Source: Reclinomonas americana ATCC 50394
Lineage: Eukaryota
NCBI GenBank assembly: GCA_048213135.1
Contig: PS015009.1
Location: 1,488,001-1,552,000, forward strand
Direction of reading: 5' to 3'
Length of the DNA: 64,000 nt
In this document: positions 10,895 to 21,133 of the stretch, one piece after another
Position numbering within the stretch: position 1 is the first letter of the stretch
How the letters are laid out: every line of letters starts with the position of its first letter
The notes under the pieces: model-generated
The model's input: the letters and a program-made list of their open reading frames with translations, nothing else
What the model was told of the DNA's origin: nothing
The model's database searches: none
Translations under genes and position numbers: made by a program

Positions 10895-11673
10895 TGAGGT
10901 ATTGTTTTTTGATACTTATTGTTTTGACTGCGATGAACGCTTCAGCGCAGAAGGACTCGCTGTATGAAAAACACTGGATCACCGAAAAAAATGACACACT
11001 TCCTTACCGTATCCTTAAACCGGACAATTATAATCCATCAAAAAAATACCCGCTTATCCTATTCCTGCACGGCGCAGGCGAAAGGGGTAACGATAATGAA
11101 GCACAACTGGTACATGGCTCGTCGCTTTTCCTGCAGGACAGCATAAGAGAACAGTTCCCCGCGTTTGTTGTATTTCCGCAGTGCCCGGCGGCCAGCTACT
11201 GGAGCAATGTGAACATTACAACAGACAGCGTTTCCAAAAAAAGAACATTTGAGTTTCATACCGGAGGTGAACCCACCATTGCGATGCAAATGCTGGAGAA
11301 GCTGATCGTGCAACTGAAGAAAGATTATTCCATCGATAAAAAGCGAATGTACGTGGGTGGCTTGTCCATGGGCGGTATGGGTACATTTGAACTGGTAAGA
11401 AGAAACCCATCCCTGTTTGCAGCAGCCTTCCCGATTTGCGGCGGCGCCCACCCTGCCACGGCTCCATTGTTGCTGAAAACCAACTGGTGGATATTTCACG
11501 GGCTGAAGGATGATGTGGTAGATCCTGAGTTCAGCAAAAAAATGGCGGATGCCATTGAAAGAAGAGGTGGACAAATGAGACTGAGTCTTTATCCCAATGC
11601 GAATCACAACAGCTGGGACAGCGCCTTTGCCGAAAAAGGCCTGTTGCCCTGGTTGTTCTCAAACCATAAATAG
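10891..11673 (+). CDS. Secreted alpha/beta-hydrolase (esterase/phospholipase-like)
   Basis: LFLHGAGERG, nucleophile motif GLSMGG, HGLKDDVV, C-terminal His in NHNSW. Confidence 0.85.
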   Translation: MMRYCFLILIVLTAMNASAQKDSLYEKHWITEKNDTLPYRILKPDNYNPSKKYPLILFLHGAGERGNDNEAQLVHGSSLFLQDSIREQFPAFVVFPQCPAASYWSNVNITTDSVSKKRTFEFHTGGEPTIAMQMLEKLIVQLKKDYSIDKKRMYVGGLSMGGMGTFELVRRNPSLFAAAFPICGGAHPATAPLLLKTNWWIFHGLKDDVVDPEFSKKMADAIERRGGQMRLSLYPNANHNSWDSAFAEKGLLPWLFSNHK

Positions 11674-11678
11674 ACATC

Positions 11679-13427
11679 ATGCGTCAACGTATTGCTGTTA
11701 TTGTACTCCTGTTCCTTTCGCTGCAATCATCTGCGCAGCAAAAAACCTATTGCAATCCCGTTAATGTGGATTACGGATATACGCCTTTTCCCAGCTTTGG
11801 TGAATGGGGTAAACACCGGGCTACAGCCGATCCTGTTATCGTGAATTATAAAGGTGATCTCTATCTTTTCAGCACCAACCAGTGGGGATACTGGTACAGC
11901 AGTGATATGCTGAACTGGACATTCAACCCAAAGAAATTCCTGCGGCCCTGGAACGACTCCCGCGACGAACTCTGTGCCCCGGCTGTTGGCGTCATCGGCG
12001 ATACCATGCTTGTATTCGGTTCTACCTATACCAATAAGTTCACCCTGTGGATGAGCACCGATCCCAAAAACAATGTGTGGAAACCACTGGTGGATTCATT
12101 CGAGATCGGTGGCTGGGATCCCGCTTTTTTTACTGATGATGATGGCCGCCTGTACATGTACAACGGCAGCAGCAACCGGTACCCGGTATATGGTGTGGAA
12201 CTTGATCGTAAAACATTCAAACCCATTGGCACGCGTACACCCATGTACCTGCTGCAGGACTGGCGCTATGGCTGGCAGCGATTCGGGGAGAACATGGACA
12301 ATACTTTTTTAGATCCCTTCATTGAAGGCGCCTGGATGACCAAACATAATGGCAAATATTATTTCCAGTATGGCGCTCCCGGAACAGAAATGAGTGGCTA
12401 TGCCGATGGTGTGGTGATAGGCAACAAACCCCTGTTCGATGGTGCGGAAACGCAACCGCAATCCGATCCGCTGAGTTTTAAGGCGGGCGGTTTTTCAAGA
12501 GGAGCAGGCCACGGTTCTACCTTCCAGGATAAATACAATAACTACTGGCATATTTCCACCAGCATCATTTGCGTGAAAAATACCTGGGAAAGAAGGATGG
12601 GCATATGGCCCGCCGGTTTCGACAAAGACGATGTAATGTATTGCAATACCGCTTTCGGTGATTATCCTCACAGGCTCCCTTCCCCGCGAGGGGAAGGACA
12701 GGCCGGGGGATATTTCACGGGCTGGATGCTGCTGAACTATAAAAAACCGGTAATGGTTTCGTCTACCCTTGGCAGTTACTACGCCAACAACGCCGTTGAC
12801 GAAAGCATCAAAACCTACTGGAGCGCCGCAACAGCCAATGCCGGCGAATGGATACAATCCGATCTCGGAAATGTGTCTACAGTAAATGCTGTACAGGTCA
12901 ATTACGCCGACCAGGATGCGGAGTTTGTGGGCAAGCAAACCAATATCTACCATCAATACAAATTGTATTATTCAGTTGACGGAAAGAAGTGGGCCATACT
13001 CGTTGATAAAAGCATCAACAAAAAAGATGTGCCGCACGACTACGTGGAATTAGCCACGCCGATACAAGCCCGCTACATCAAACTGGAAAATATTCATATG
13101 CCTACGGGTAAGTTCGCCATCAGCGGTTTGCGGGTATTCGGTAATGGTAATGGCGCCAGGCCCAAAGCAGTGAAAGACATGTATGTGCTGCGGACAGAAA
13201 AAGATAAACGCAGCGCTTATATCAAATGGAACCCGGTTGATGACGCGTTTGCCTATAACCTGTATTATGGCACAGCGCCGGATAAACTGTACAGCTGCAT
13301 TATGGTACACGATTTCAATGAATACTGGTTCAAAGCCATGGACAGCCAGAAAACGTATTATTTTTCTATTGAAGCGATTAATGAAAACGGCGTTTCTGCA
13401 AGAATGCCGGTAAAAAAAGTGGATTAA
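11679..13427 (+). CDS. GH43 glycoside hydrolase with F5/8 type C (CBM32-like) and FN3 domains
   Basis: ADPVIV, WDPAFFTDDDGRLY, FIEGAW; discoidin-like WIQSDLG...ARYIKL. Confidence 0.82.
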   Translation: MRQRIAVIVLLFLSLQSSAQQKTYCNPVNVDYGYTPFPSFGEWGKHRATADPVIVNYKGDLYLFSTNQWGYWYSSDMLNWTFNPKKFLRPWNDSRDELCAPAVGVIGDTMLVFGSTYTNKFTLWMSTDPKNNVWKPLVDSFEIGGWDPAFFTDDDGRLYMYNGSSNRYPVYGVELDRKTFKPIGTRTPMYLLQDWRYGWQRFGENMDNTFLDPFIEGAWMTKHNGKYYFQYGAPGTEMSGYADGVVIGNKPLFDGAETQPQSDPLSFKAGGFSRGAGHGSTFQDKYNNYWHISTSIICVKNTWERRMGIWPAGFDKDDVMYCNTAFGDYPHRLPSPRGEGQAGGYFTGWMLLNYKKPVMVSSTLGSYYANNAVDESIKTYWSAATANAGEWIQSDLGNVSTVNAVQVNYADQDAEFVGKQTNIYHQYKLYYSVDGKKWAILVDKSINKKDVPHDYVELATPIQARYIKLENIHMPTGKFAISGLRVFGNGNGARPKAVKDMYVLRTEKDKRSAYIKWNPVDDAFAYNLYYGTAPDKLYSCIMVHDFNEYWFKAMDSQKTYYFSIEAINENGVSARMPVKKVD

Positions 13428-13452
13428 CCCTTAACGAAATAAAAACGAACAG

Positions 13453-15732
13453 ATGAAACCAATACTGCGATTAATGATGATTGTTCTTTTCCTGCCGGCA
13501 GTACTGCACGCCCAGGTGAAGGACCCAAAGATGAACAGCTTTATCGATGCACTGATGAAGAAGATGACCCTCGATGAAAAGATAGGGCAGCTGAACCTGC
13601 CCGGATCAGGAGATATTGTTACCGGCCAGGCTTCCAACTCCGATATCGCCAAAAAGATCCGCGAAGGAAAAGTGGGCGGACTGTTCAATATCAAATCGGT
13701 TGACAAAATCCGCGATGTACAAAAAGTGGCCGTGGAGCAAACCCGGCTGAAGATACCCATGATCTTTGGTATGGATGTGATACATGGTTATCAAACCACC
13801 TTTCCCATTCCGCTGGCGCTTTCCTGCACCTGGAATATGAATGCCATTGAGCAAAGCGCACGCATTGCCGCTATTGAAGCCAGCGCCGATGGTATTTGCT
13901 GGACTTTCAGTCCTATGGTGGATGTAGCCCGCGACCCGCGCTGGGGCCGTATTGCTGAAGGTAACGGCGAAGACCCATACCTGGGCTCCATGATCGCCAA
14001 AGCTATGGTGAAAGGTTACCAGGGCAATGACCTGAAAAAGAACAACACCATTATGGCCTGTGTAAAACACTATGCCATGTACGGCGCCGCCGAAGCAGGA
14101 CGAGATTACAATACCACCGACATGAGCCGCATTCGCATGTTCAACGATTACCTGCCGCCTTACAAAGCTGCTGTGGATGCCGGTGCAGGAAGTCTTATGG
14201 CTTCATTCAATGAGGTAGATGGTATTCCTGCAACAGGCAATAAATACCTGATGACAGATGTGCTGCGCAAATTGTGGGGCTTCAAAGGATTTGTAGTAAC
14301 GGATTATACCGGTATCAATGAAATGATCGATCATGGTATGGGTGACCTGCAAACCGTATCCGCCCTGGCTTTGAAAGCAGGGGTACATATGGATATGGTG
14401 GGCGAAGGATTTCTTACCACGTTAAAAAAATCACTGGGTGAAGGAAAAGTAACGCTGAAAGAGATTGACGAAGCCTGCCGTCTCATCCTGGAAGCCAAAT
14501 ACAAACTCGGTTTGTTTGATGATCCCTATAAATATTGTGATGCCAGCAGGGCAAAAACGGAAATATATACACCAGCTCATATTAAAACGGCAAGACAGAT
14601 CGCCACGGAGAGTTTTGTATTGCTGAAAAACCAGGATAACCTGCTGCCGTTGAAAAAATCCGGAACTATTGCACTGATCGGGCCGCTGGCCGATACCAAA
14701 GAAAATATGCCCGGCACCTGGAGTGTGGCTACTGATCTTAAAACAGCCGTCACTGTAAAAGAAGGGTTGCAAAATGCATTGGGCAGCAACGCGAAAGTAT
14801 TGTATGCGAAAGGCTCTAACCTCGATGCCGACAGCGCATTCGAAGACCGGGCTACCATGTTTGGCCGCTCATTACACCGCGACAAACGTACGGCCGACCA
14901 GTTACGTGAAGAAGCCCTGGCTATTGCCGCACAGGCAGATGTTATTGTTGCCGCGCTGGGCGAGTCTTCTGAAATGAGCGGTGAAAGCTCCAGCCGCACC
15001 AACCTCGAAATACCGCAAATACAGAAAGAACTGCTGGCAGCATTGCTTAAAACCGGCAAACCTGTTGTACTGGTATTATTTGCCGGCCGCCCCATGGTAC
15101 TGAAATGGGAACAGCAAAATGTACCCGCCATCCTCAATGTATGGTTCGGTGGATCTGAAGCCGGTAACGCTATTGCCGACGTACTGTTTGGTGATGTGAA
15201 CCCATCAGGAAAACTCTCCACCACTTTCCCGCAGAACGTAGGCCAGGTACCTATTTACTATGCACACAAAAACACAGGCCGCCCATTGGGACAAGGAAAA
15301 TGGTTCGAGAAATTCCGTTCCAATTATTTGGATGTTTCCAATGACCCGCTGTACCCCTTTGGTTACGGGCTGAGTTATACCACGTTCTCTTACGGCGATG
15401 TGAAACTGAGCAGCAACAGCATGTCCATGGCAGGAAATATAACAGCAACAGTGACACTTACCAACAGCGGCAAAACCGATGGTGCGGAAGTAGTGCAGCT
15501 ATACATCCGCGACATGGTGGGCTCTGTAACCCGTCCTGTAAAAGAACTGAAAGGGTTTCAAAAAGTATGGCTGAAAGCCGGTGAAAGCAAAGTAATCAGT
15601 TTCAGGATCACAGCCGAAGACCTGAAATTTTATAACAGCGACCTGAAGTTTGTGGCAGAACCCGGCGACTTCAAAGTATTCATTGGTACCAACAGTCGTG
15701 ATGCGAAAGAAGCGGCCTTCAGGCTGCAATAA
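13453..15732 (+). CDS. bglX: GH3 beta-glucosidase
   Basis: SPMVDVARDPRWGR, CVKHYA, VVTDY nucleophile, LYPFGYGLSY. Confidence 0.93.
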   Translation: MKPILRLMMIVLFLPAVLHAQVKDPKMNSFIDALMKKMTLDEKIGQLNLPGSGDIVTGQASNSDIAKKIREGKVGGLFNIKSVDKIRDVQKVAVEQTRLKIPMIFGMDVIHGYQTTFPIPLALSCTWNMNAIEQSARIAAIEASADGICWTFSPMVDVARDPRWGRIAEGNGEDPYLGSMIAKAMVKGYQGNDLKKNNTIMACVKHYAMYGAAEAGRDYNTTDMSRIRMFNDYLPPYKAAVDAGAGSLMASFNEVDGIPATGNKYLMTDVLRKLWGFKGFVVTDYTGINEMIDHGMGDLQTVSALALKAGVHMDMVGEGFLTTLKKSLGEGKVTLKEIDEACRLILEAKYKLGLFDDPYKYCDASRAKTEIYTPAHIKTARQIATESFVLLKNQDNLLPLKKSGTIALIGPLADTKENMPGTWSVATDLKTAVTVKEGLQNALGSNAKVLYAKGSNLDADSAFEDRATMFGRSLHRDKRTADQLREEALAIAAQADVIVAALGESSEMSGESSSRTNLEIPQIQKELLAALLKTGKPVVLVLFAGRPMVLKWEQQNVPAILNVWFGGSEAGNAIADVLFGDVNPSGKLSTTFPQNVGQVPIYYAHKNTGRPLGQGKWFEKFRSNYLDVSNDPLYPFGYGLSYTTFSYGDVKLSSNSMSMAGNITATVTLTNSGKTDGAEVVQLYIRDMVGSVTRPVKELKGFQKVWLKAGESKVISFRITAEDLKFYNSDLKFVAEPGDFKVFIGTNSRDAKEAAFRLQ

Positions 15733-15745
15733 AAATAAAAGCAAC

Positions 15746-15898
15746 ACTACTCCGCCGGATCTTTTCTTTTCGAAGGATTTCGGCAGTAGTTCCGCCGGGG
15801 TCTTCGCGATAGCGAGACCCCGGTGATTTAATATAACGGCGATGTGTAAACGAAATTTACCCTTTTGTTTCGACCGGGTCTCCGGAACGGGACCCGGG
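15746..15898. repeat. Cluster of three GC-rich palindromes (REP-like) between the GH3 genes
   Basis: Stems at about 15746-15790, 15794-15824 (CCGGGGTCT...AGACCCCGG) and 15874-15898 (CCGGGTCTC...GGGACCCGG). Confidence 0.5.
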
Positions 15899-15941
15899 TG
15901 AGCGCATACCCTCTTGCGGTTTATTATTTAACCTCGTTATT

Positions 15942-18182
15942 ATGACAACAATGCCTGTAAAGAATTTATACCTGGCCCTTTCCGCGGTTTTGCTGATACA
16001 TGTTAACGCATCGGCACAACGTAAAACCGTTTCACAAAGGGTAGACTCTGTGCTGAAGCTGATGACATTGGAAGAAAAAGCAGGTCAGCTGAACCAGTAC
16101 AGCGGCGACTGGTCGCATACCGGGCCTATTACCAAAGACGGCGACAAACCTGCACAGATCCGCAATGGTCAGCTCGGTTCTATGCTCAACGTTATTGGCG
16201 TGCAACACACCCGCGAAGTGCAGGAAATGGCGATGCAATCGAGATTGAAAATCCCGTTGCTTTTCGGGCAGGATGTGATCCATGGTTTCCGCACTACATT
16301 TCCCATACCCCTTGCAGAAGCCGCCAGTTGGGACCTGCCCGCCATTGAACGCAGCGCCCGGGTAGCAGCCGAAGAAGCATCCGCGTCAGGTATTCACTGG
16401 ACTTTCGCTCCTATGGTCGACATAGCCCGCGATGCCCGCTGGGGAAGGGTTATGGAAGGCTCGGGAGAAGATCCCTACCTGGGTTCACTCATCGCGGCAG
16501 CGAGGGTAAAAGGTTTCCAGGGAAAAGGCATCGGCCGTACAGATGCGGTGATGGCCTGTGTAAAACACTTTGCCGCTTACGGCGCCGCCACGGGAGGAAG
16601 AGACTATAATTCAGTGGATATGAGCGAACGCATGCTGTGGTCGGTATACCTGCCGCCTTTCAAAGCCGCTCTTGATGCCGGGGCTTCTTCCATAATGAAC
16701 GCGTTCAACGATCTTAATGGCATACCGGCAACGGGTAACCGCTATTTGCTTCGCGATGTATTGAAAGGACAATGGAATTTTAAAGGCATCGTGGTCAGCG
16801 ACTGGGGATCGGTAAATGGCATGGTTAAACATGGATATGCTGCAGACAATAAAGAAGCCGCACTTGACGCCATTACAGCCGGTTGCGATATGGATATGGA
16901 AAGCCGGTGCTACAAAGATTACCTCGTTCAATTGGTGAAAGAAGGTAAAGTAAATATGAGCCTGGTTGATGACGCGGTGCGAAGGGTACTCACGAAAAAA
17001 TTTGAACTCGGGCTTTTTGATGATCCGTTTAAATTTTGCGATGAAGCCAGGGAAGCTGCACAAAAAAACGTACCCGCCCATCGCGAAGCGGCGAGAGACA
17101 TAGCCCGTAAAAGCATAGTACTGCTGAAGAATGAACAGCAGGTATTACCGATTTCGAAAAAGATAAAAACGATAGCGCTCATTGGTCCGTTCATGAAAGC
17201 GGTGAAAGACAATCTTGGTTTCTGGAGCATGGAATGGCCCGATGATTCCAGCACCATCGTTACCCAGTATGAAGGTATCAGGCAAAGGCTCGATCCTTCC
17301 TCAACGATCCGCTACGCGAAAGGCTGTAATATCAACGATAGCATCCGCACAGGTTTTGCTGAAGCCATAGCCGCGGCGCAACAGGCGGATGTGGTGATCA
17401 TGAGCATCGGCGAGGCCAGGGACATGAGTGGCGAATCCAAAAGCAGGAGCAACATCACCATTCCCGGGGTACAGGAAGAACTGGTGCAAGCCATCATCGC
17501 TACAGGTAAACCCGTTGTGGTAATGATCAATGCCGGTCGCCCACTGGTGTTTAACCGTATTGCGGATGAAGCGCCATCAGTTCTATATACCTGGTGGCTG
17601 GGCAGCCAGGCCGGTAACGCCATTGCCGATGTATTGTTCGGCGATTACAACCCTTCGGGCCGGCTGCCTGTGAGCTTTCCGCGTTCCACCGGGCAAATGC
17701 CTATCTATTATAATCATTTCAATACCGGACATCCGGCGGCCAGCGATAAAGACGTGAACTATGTAACGGGTTACATCGACCTGCAGAACAGCCCGCGTTT
17801 TCCTTTTGGTTACGGGTTGGGTTACAGCGCTTTCGTTTATGGTGATGTGCAGCTCGATAAAAATAGTATGCCTGCCAACAGTTCCATAAAAGCTAATATA
17901 ACGGTAACGAATAGTGGCAAATATGATGGAACAGAAACAGTGCAGTTGTACATCAGGGATATGGCGGCATCAGCAATAAGGCCGGTAAAGGAACTGAAAA
18001 AATTTCAGCAGGTATTTCTTAAAGCGGGAGAAACCAAAACAGTCTCTTTTTCTTTAACAGCGGAGGACCTGAAGTTTTACAATAACCGGCTTCAATATGT
18101 ATATGAGCCCGGAGCGTTTACAATTATGATTGGTCCGAATGCCAGGGACGTAAAGGAAAAGATGTTTCAATTGATCAAATAA
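15942..18182 (+). CDS. Second GH3 beta-glucosidase (BglX-like)
   Basis: APMVDIARDARWGR, CVKHFA, VVSDW, FPFGYGL. Confidence 0.92.
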   Translation: MTTMPVKNLYLALSAVLLIHVNASAQRKTVSQRVDSVLKLMTLEEKAGQLNQYSGDWSHTGPITKDGDKPAQIRNGQLGSMLNVIGVQHTREVQEMAMQSRLKIPLLFGQDVIHGFRTTFPIPLAEAASWDLPAIERSARVAAEEASASGIHWTFAPMVDIARDARWGRVMEGSGEDPYLGSLIAAARVKGFQGKGIGRTDAVMACVKHFAAYGAATGGRDYNSVDMSERMLWSVYLPPFKAALDAGASSIMNAFNDLNGIPATGNRYLLRDVLKGQWNFKGIVVSDWGSVNGMVKHGYAADNKEAALDAITAGCDMDMESRCYKDYLVQLVKEGKVNMSLVDDAVRRVLTKKFELGLFDDPFKFCDEAREAAQKNVPAHREAARDIARKSIVLLKNEQQVLPISKKIKTIALIGPFMKAVKDNLGFWSMEWPDDSSTIVTQYEGIRQRLDPSSTIRYAKGCNINDSIRTGFAEAIAAAQQADVVIMSIGEARDMSGESKSRSNITIPGVQEELVQAIIATGKPVVVMINAGRPLVFNRIADEAPSVLYTWWLGSQAGNAIADVLFGDYNPSGRLPVSFPRSTGQMPIYYNHFNTGHPAASDKDVNYVTGYIDLQNSPRFPFGYGLGYSAFVYGDVQLDKNSMPANSSIKANITVTNSGKYDGTETVQLYIRDMAASAIRPVKELKKFQQVFLKAGETKTVSFSLTAEDLKFYNNRLQYVYEPGAFTIMIGPNARDVKEKMFQLIK

Positions 18183-18204
18183 GTATTTTTGGCAAAACCT
18201 GTCT

Positions 18205-18825
18205 ATGCAACTCAACGGCATCCGTAATATCCTCTTCGACCTCGGCGGCGTATTACTCGATATCGATTATAATAAAACAGAACAGGCCTTCCGCGACCTG
18301 GGCTTTGACAATTTTGATCATATGTACAGCCAGTTCAGGGCAGATGCCCTATTTGAAAAACTGGAGACCGGCCATGTGACCATCGACGACTTTTATACAA
18401 AACTAAAAGAAAGAGCTTCGCGGGAACTGACCGATGAGCAGTTGAACAAGGCCTGGTGCGCCATGATCCTCGACTTCAGGAAGGAAAGCCTGGCTTACCT
18501 CAAAATCTTGTCGCAACACTACCGGGTATACCTGCTCAGCAACACCAATGAGATCCATATTGCCGCGCTGGAAAAGCAATACGCCGAACAACTGGGCGCG
18601 GGCTGGCTCGACGATTATTTTCATAAAGCCTACTATTCCAGCCGTATAGGACTGCGCAAACCCCACAAAGAATGCTATGAATTTGTACTGGCCGATGCTG
18701 GTATCCGGGCGGAAGAAACCCTGTTTATTGACGATTCTTACAATAATATTGAAGCTGCGGCCATCGTGGGCCTCAGCACCCACCTGTTGTTACCCGAAGA
18801 AAGAATTGAAACCCTCGGGCTTTAA
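18205..18825 (+). CDS. HAD-family phosphatase (YihX-like)
   Basis: FDLGGV motif I, LLSNTN, RKP, FIDDS. Confidence 0.9.
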   Translation: MQLNGIRNILFDLGGVLLDIDYNKTEQAFRDLGFDNFDHMYSQFRADALFEKLETGHVTIDDFYTKLKERASRELTDEQLNKAWCAMILDFRKESLAYLKILSQHYRVYLLSNTNEIHIAALEKQYAEQLGAGWLDDYFHKAYYSSRIGLRKPHKECYEFVLADAGIRAEETLFIDDSYNNIEAAAIVGLSTHLLLPEERIETLGL

Positions 18826-18843
18826 ATTGACCCACCGCCCTGT

Positions 18844-19074
18844 TTACTTAACTTCCTCAAAATCAATATAATCCCCGGCCGCCGTTTTGGTGGACTTCTC
18901 TTGCTGCTGTTGCTGGAACTGCTGTTGTTGCTGTTGCTGGCGGTTCATTTGCTGCTGCATTTCACCCACTTTCTGTTTCACCTGCTTGGTGGTTTGGTAC
19001 AGGGGAACGATAAAGTCGAATATCAGCTTGTACAACAGGTACAACAGGAACAGTTCAAAAAGTACTTTTAACAT
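18844..19074 (-). CDS. Small membrane protein with poly-Gln tract (DUF4834-like)
   Basis: N-terminal TM, C-terminal GDYIDFEEVK. Confidence 0.75.
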   Translation of the reverse strand: MLKVLFELFLLYLLYKLIFDFIVPLYQTTKQVKQKVGEMQQQMNRQQQQQQQFQQQQQEKSTKTAAGDYIDFEEVK

Positions 19075-19217
19075 AATACAAAGGTATTTAAGAAGACGAT
19101 TGACCCCTGTTAAAGTTTTACCGCCGGTAAAGACGGGTAAAAGACGCCGGCCGCATCATCAACATTTGGAGAATCTCCCCGTTTGCACTATATTTGCATT
19201 GGAAAAAGACACAAAGC

Positions 19218-19240
19218 AAGGGAACGGAATCGTTCCCTTC
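19218..19240 (+). promoter_or_regulatory. rimP leader hairpin
   Basis: AAGGGAACG-GAAT-CGTTCCCTT stem just upstream of rimP, downstream of a TATATTTG -7 element. Confidence 0.55.
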
Positions 19241-19249
19241 TTCTTTATC

Positions 19250-19714
19250 ATGACCCAGGACACACAAATACAGGCGGTTCGGCAGTTATTGGAGCCATTA
19301 TTGCAGGAAGATATCTTCCTGGTTTCCATGAAAATAAAGCCCACCAATAATTTCAAGATCTACCTCGACGCCGACAACGGCCTGGGTATTGAAAAATGCA
19401 TCCGGATCAACCGGGCATTGTATAAGAAGATTGAGGAAGCAGGCATGTATCCCGAAGGCGATTTCTCCCTTGAAATTTCCAGTCCGGGTATCGGCGAACC
19501 CCTTTTACTGCTGCGCCAGTACCTGAAAAATACAGGCAGGTTTGTAGAAGTAGTGCTGAACGACGGCACCAGACAGGAAGGAAAACTGCTGGCGGCGACA
19601 GACAGCCACATCAGCCTGGAGCAAACGGAGGGCAAGGGGAAAAAAGCAGTGACCAAAGAAACAGAGATCGCGTTCAGCGACATCAAACAAACCACGGTTC
19701 AGATCAAGTTTTAA
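19250..19714 (+). CDS. rimP: Ribosome maturation factor RimP
   Basis: FSLEISSPG motif, position before nusA-infB; ATG at 19250. Confidence 0.93.
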   Translation: MTQDTQIQAVRQLLEPLLQEDIFLVSMKIKPTNNFKIYLDADNGLGIEKCIRINRALYKKIEEAGMYPEGDFSLEISSPGIGEPLLLLRQYLKNTGRFVEVVLNDGTRQEGKLLAATDSHISLEQTEGKGKKAVTKETEIAFSDIKQTTVQIKF

Positions 19715-19772
19715 TTTCAATAACAAAACCCCCACCCCGGCGGGGAAATAAAAGAAGAAGCCGGCGAGGCAT

Positions 19773-21023
19773 ATGGCAAGTATCAACCTAATCGATTCAT
19801 TCCAGGAGTTCAAGGAAGCTGAAAACATTGACCGCCCTACCCTGATGAAGGTGATGGAAGATGTGTTTAAAACGCTTATCCGTAAAAAATACGGCAGCGA
19901 CGAAAGTTTTGACGTTATCGTGAACGACCAGAAGGGTGACCTGGAGATATTCCGTCGCCGTACAATCGTTGAAGACGATGACCTGTACAATACCCTTACG
20001 GAGATCGAATATAAGGATGCCATCAAAATTGAACCCGATTACCAGGTAGGCGAAGAATTATACGAGGAAGTGGACATCCAGAAAGAGTTTGGCCGCAGGG
20101 CGATCCTGGCCGGCAAACAAACCCTGGCCGCCCGTATCAATGACCTGAAAAAGAATATCCTGATCAAAAAATACGAAGACCGCATAGGCGAGATCGTTAG
20201 TGGCGAAGTATACCAGGTGTGGAAGAAAGAAGTGTTGCTGCTCGACGAGGAAGGCAACGAAATGCTGCTGCCCAAATCGGAACAGATACCAACCGACTAT
20301 TTCAAAAAAGGTGAATCGGTAAGAGGTGTGGTGAAAAAAGTAGAACTGAAGAACAGCCAGGCCGTGATCATCCTGTCACGTACCAGCCCTTCCTTCCTCG
20401 AAAAACTCCTCGAGATCGAAGTACCGGAAATATTCGACGGCCTGATTGTAGTGAAAAAGATCGTACGCGACCCGGGCGAAAGGGCCAAGGTAGCGGTAGA
20501 AAGTTACGACGACAGGATCGACCCGGTGGGTGCCTGCGTAGGTATGAAAGGCAGCCGTATCCATGGTATCGTGAGGGAACTGAAGAACGAGAATATCGAC
20601 GTAATTAATTATACCTCCAATACCCAGTTGCTGATCCAGCGTGCCTTAACACCCGCCAAGATCACCAGCATGGACCTGGATATGGAAAATAAACACGCCA
20701 ATGTATTCCTGAAGCCCGACCAGGTATCCCTGGCCATCGGCCGGAGGGGCGTTAACATCAAACTGGCCTGTGAACTCACCGGTTTTGAGATTGATGTGTT
20801 CCGCGATAATGAAGGAGAAGAAGAAGAATTCGATATTGATATGGATGAATTCACCGATGAGATTGAACCATGGATCATCGACGAACTGAAACGTGTAGGT
20901 TGTGATACGGCCCGCTCCGTACTCGACCTTACACCTGAAGAACTGGAACGCCGTACCGACCTGGAAAAAGAAACGATCACCGAAGTAAGGCGCATCCTGC
21001 AGGAAGAATTTGGAAAGGAATAA
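19773..21023 (+). CDS. nusA: Transcription termination factor NusA
   Basis: S1 and KH domains, IDPVGACVGMKGSRI, SLAIGRRGVNIKLA. Confidence 0.97.
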   Translation: MASINLIDSFQEFKEAENIDRPTLMKVMEDVFKTLIRKKYGSDESFDVIVNDQKGDLEIFRRRTIVEDDDLYNTLTEIEYKDAIKIEPDYQVGEELYEEVDIQKEFGRRAILAGKQTLAARINDLKKNILIKKYEDRIGEIVSGEVYQVWKKEVLLLDEEGNEMLLPKSEQIPTDYFKKGESVRGVVKKVELKNSQAVIILSRTSPSFLEKLLEIEVPEIFDGLIVVKKIVRDPGERAKVAVESYDDRIDPVGACVGMKGSRIHGIVRELKNENIDVINYTSNTQLLIQRALTPAKITSMDLDMENKHANVFLKPDQVSLAIGRRGVNIKLACELTGFEIDVFRDNEGEEEEFDIDMDEFTDEIEPWIIDELKRVGCDTARSVLDLTPEELERRTDLEKETITEVRRILQEEFGKE

Positions 21024-21133
21024 CAACAACAGATCGCGACGGGGCGCAGGCCATCGTCACGGTTGGTTTATAACAGAAAAGCTATAAGGCCGCGGCACAG
21101 GCAAATTTGTGACCCGGCAACTAAAACAAACGA

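Noticed and set aside
18887-19249. Poly-Cys N-terminal extension of the rimP ORF
   Set aside because: It is the antisense reading of the poly-Gln tract in the 18844-19074 gene; the real rimP start is ATG 19250 after its promoter and leader hairpin.
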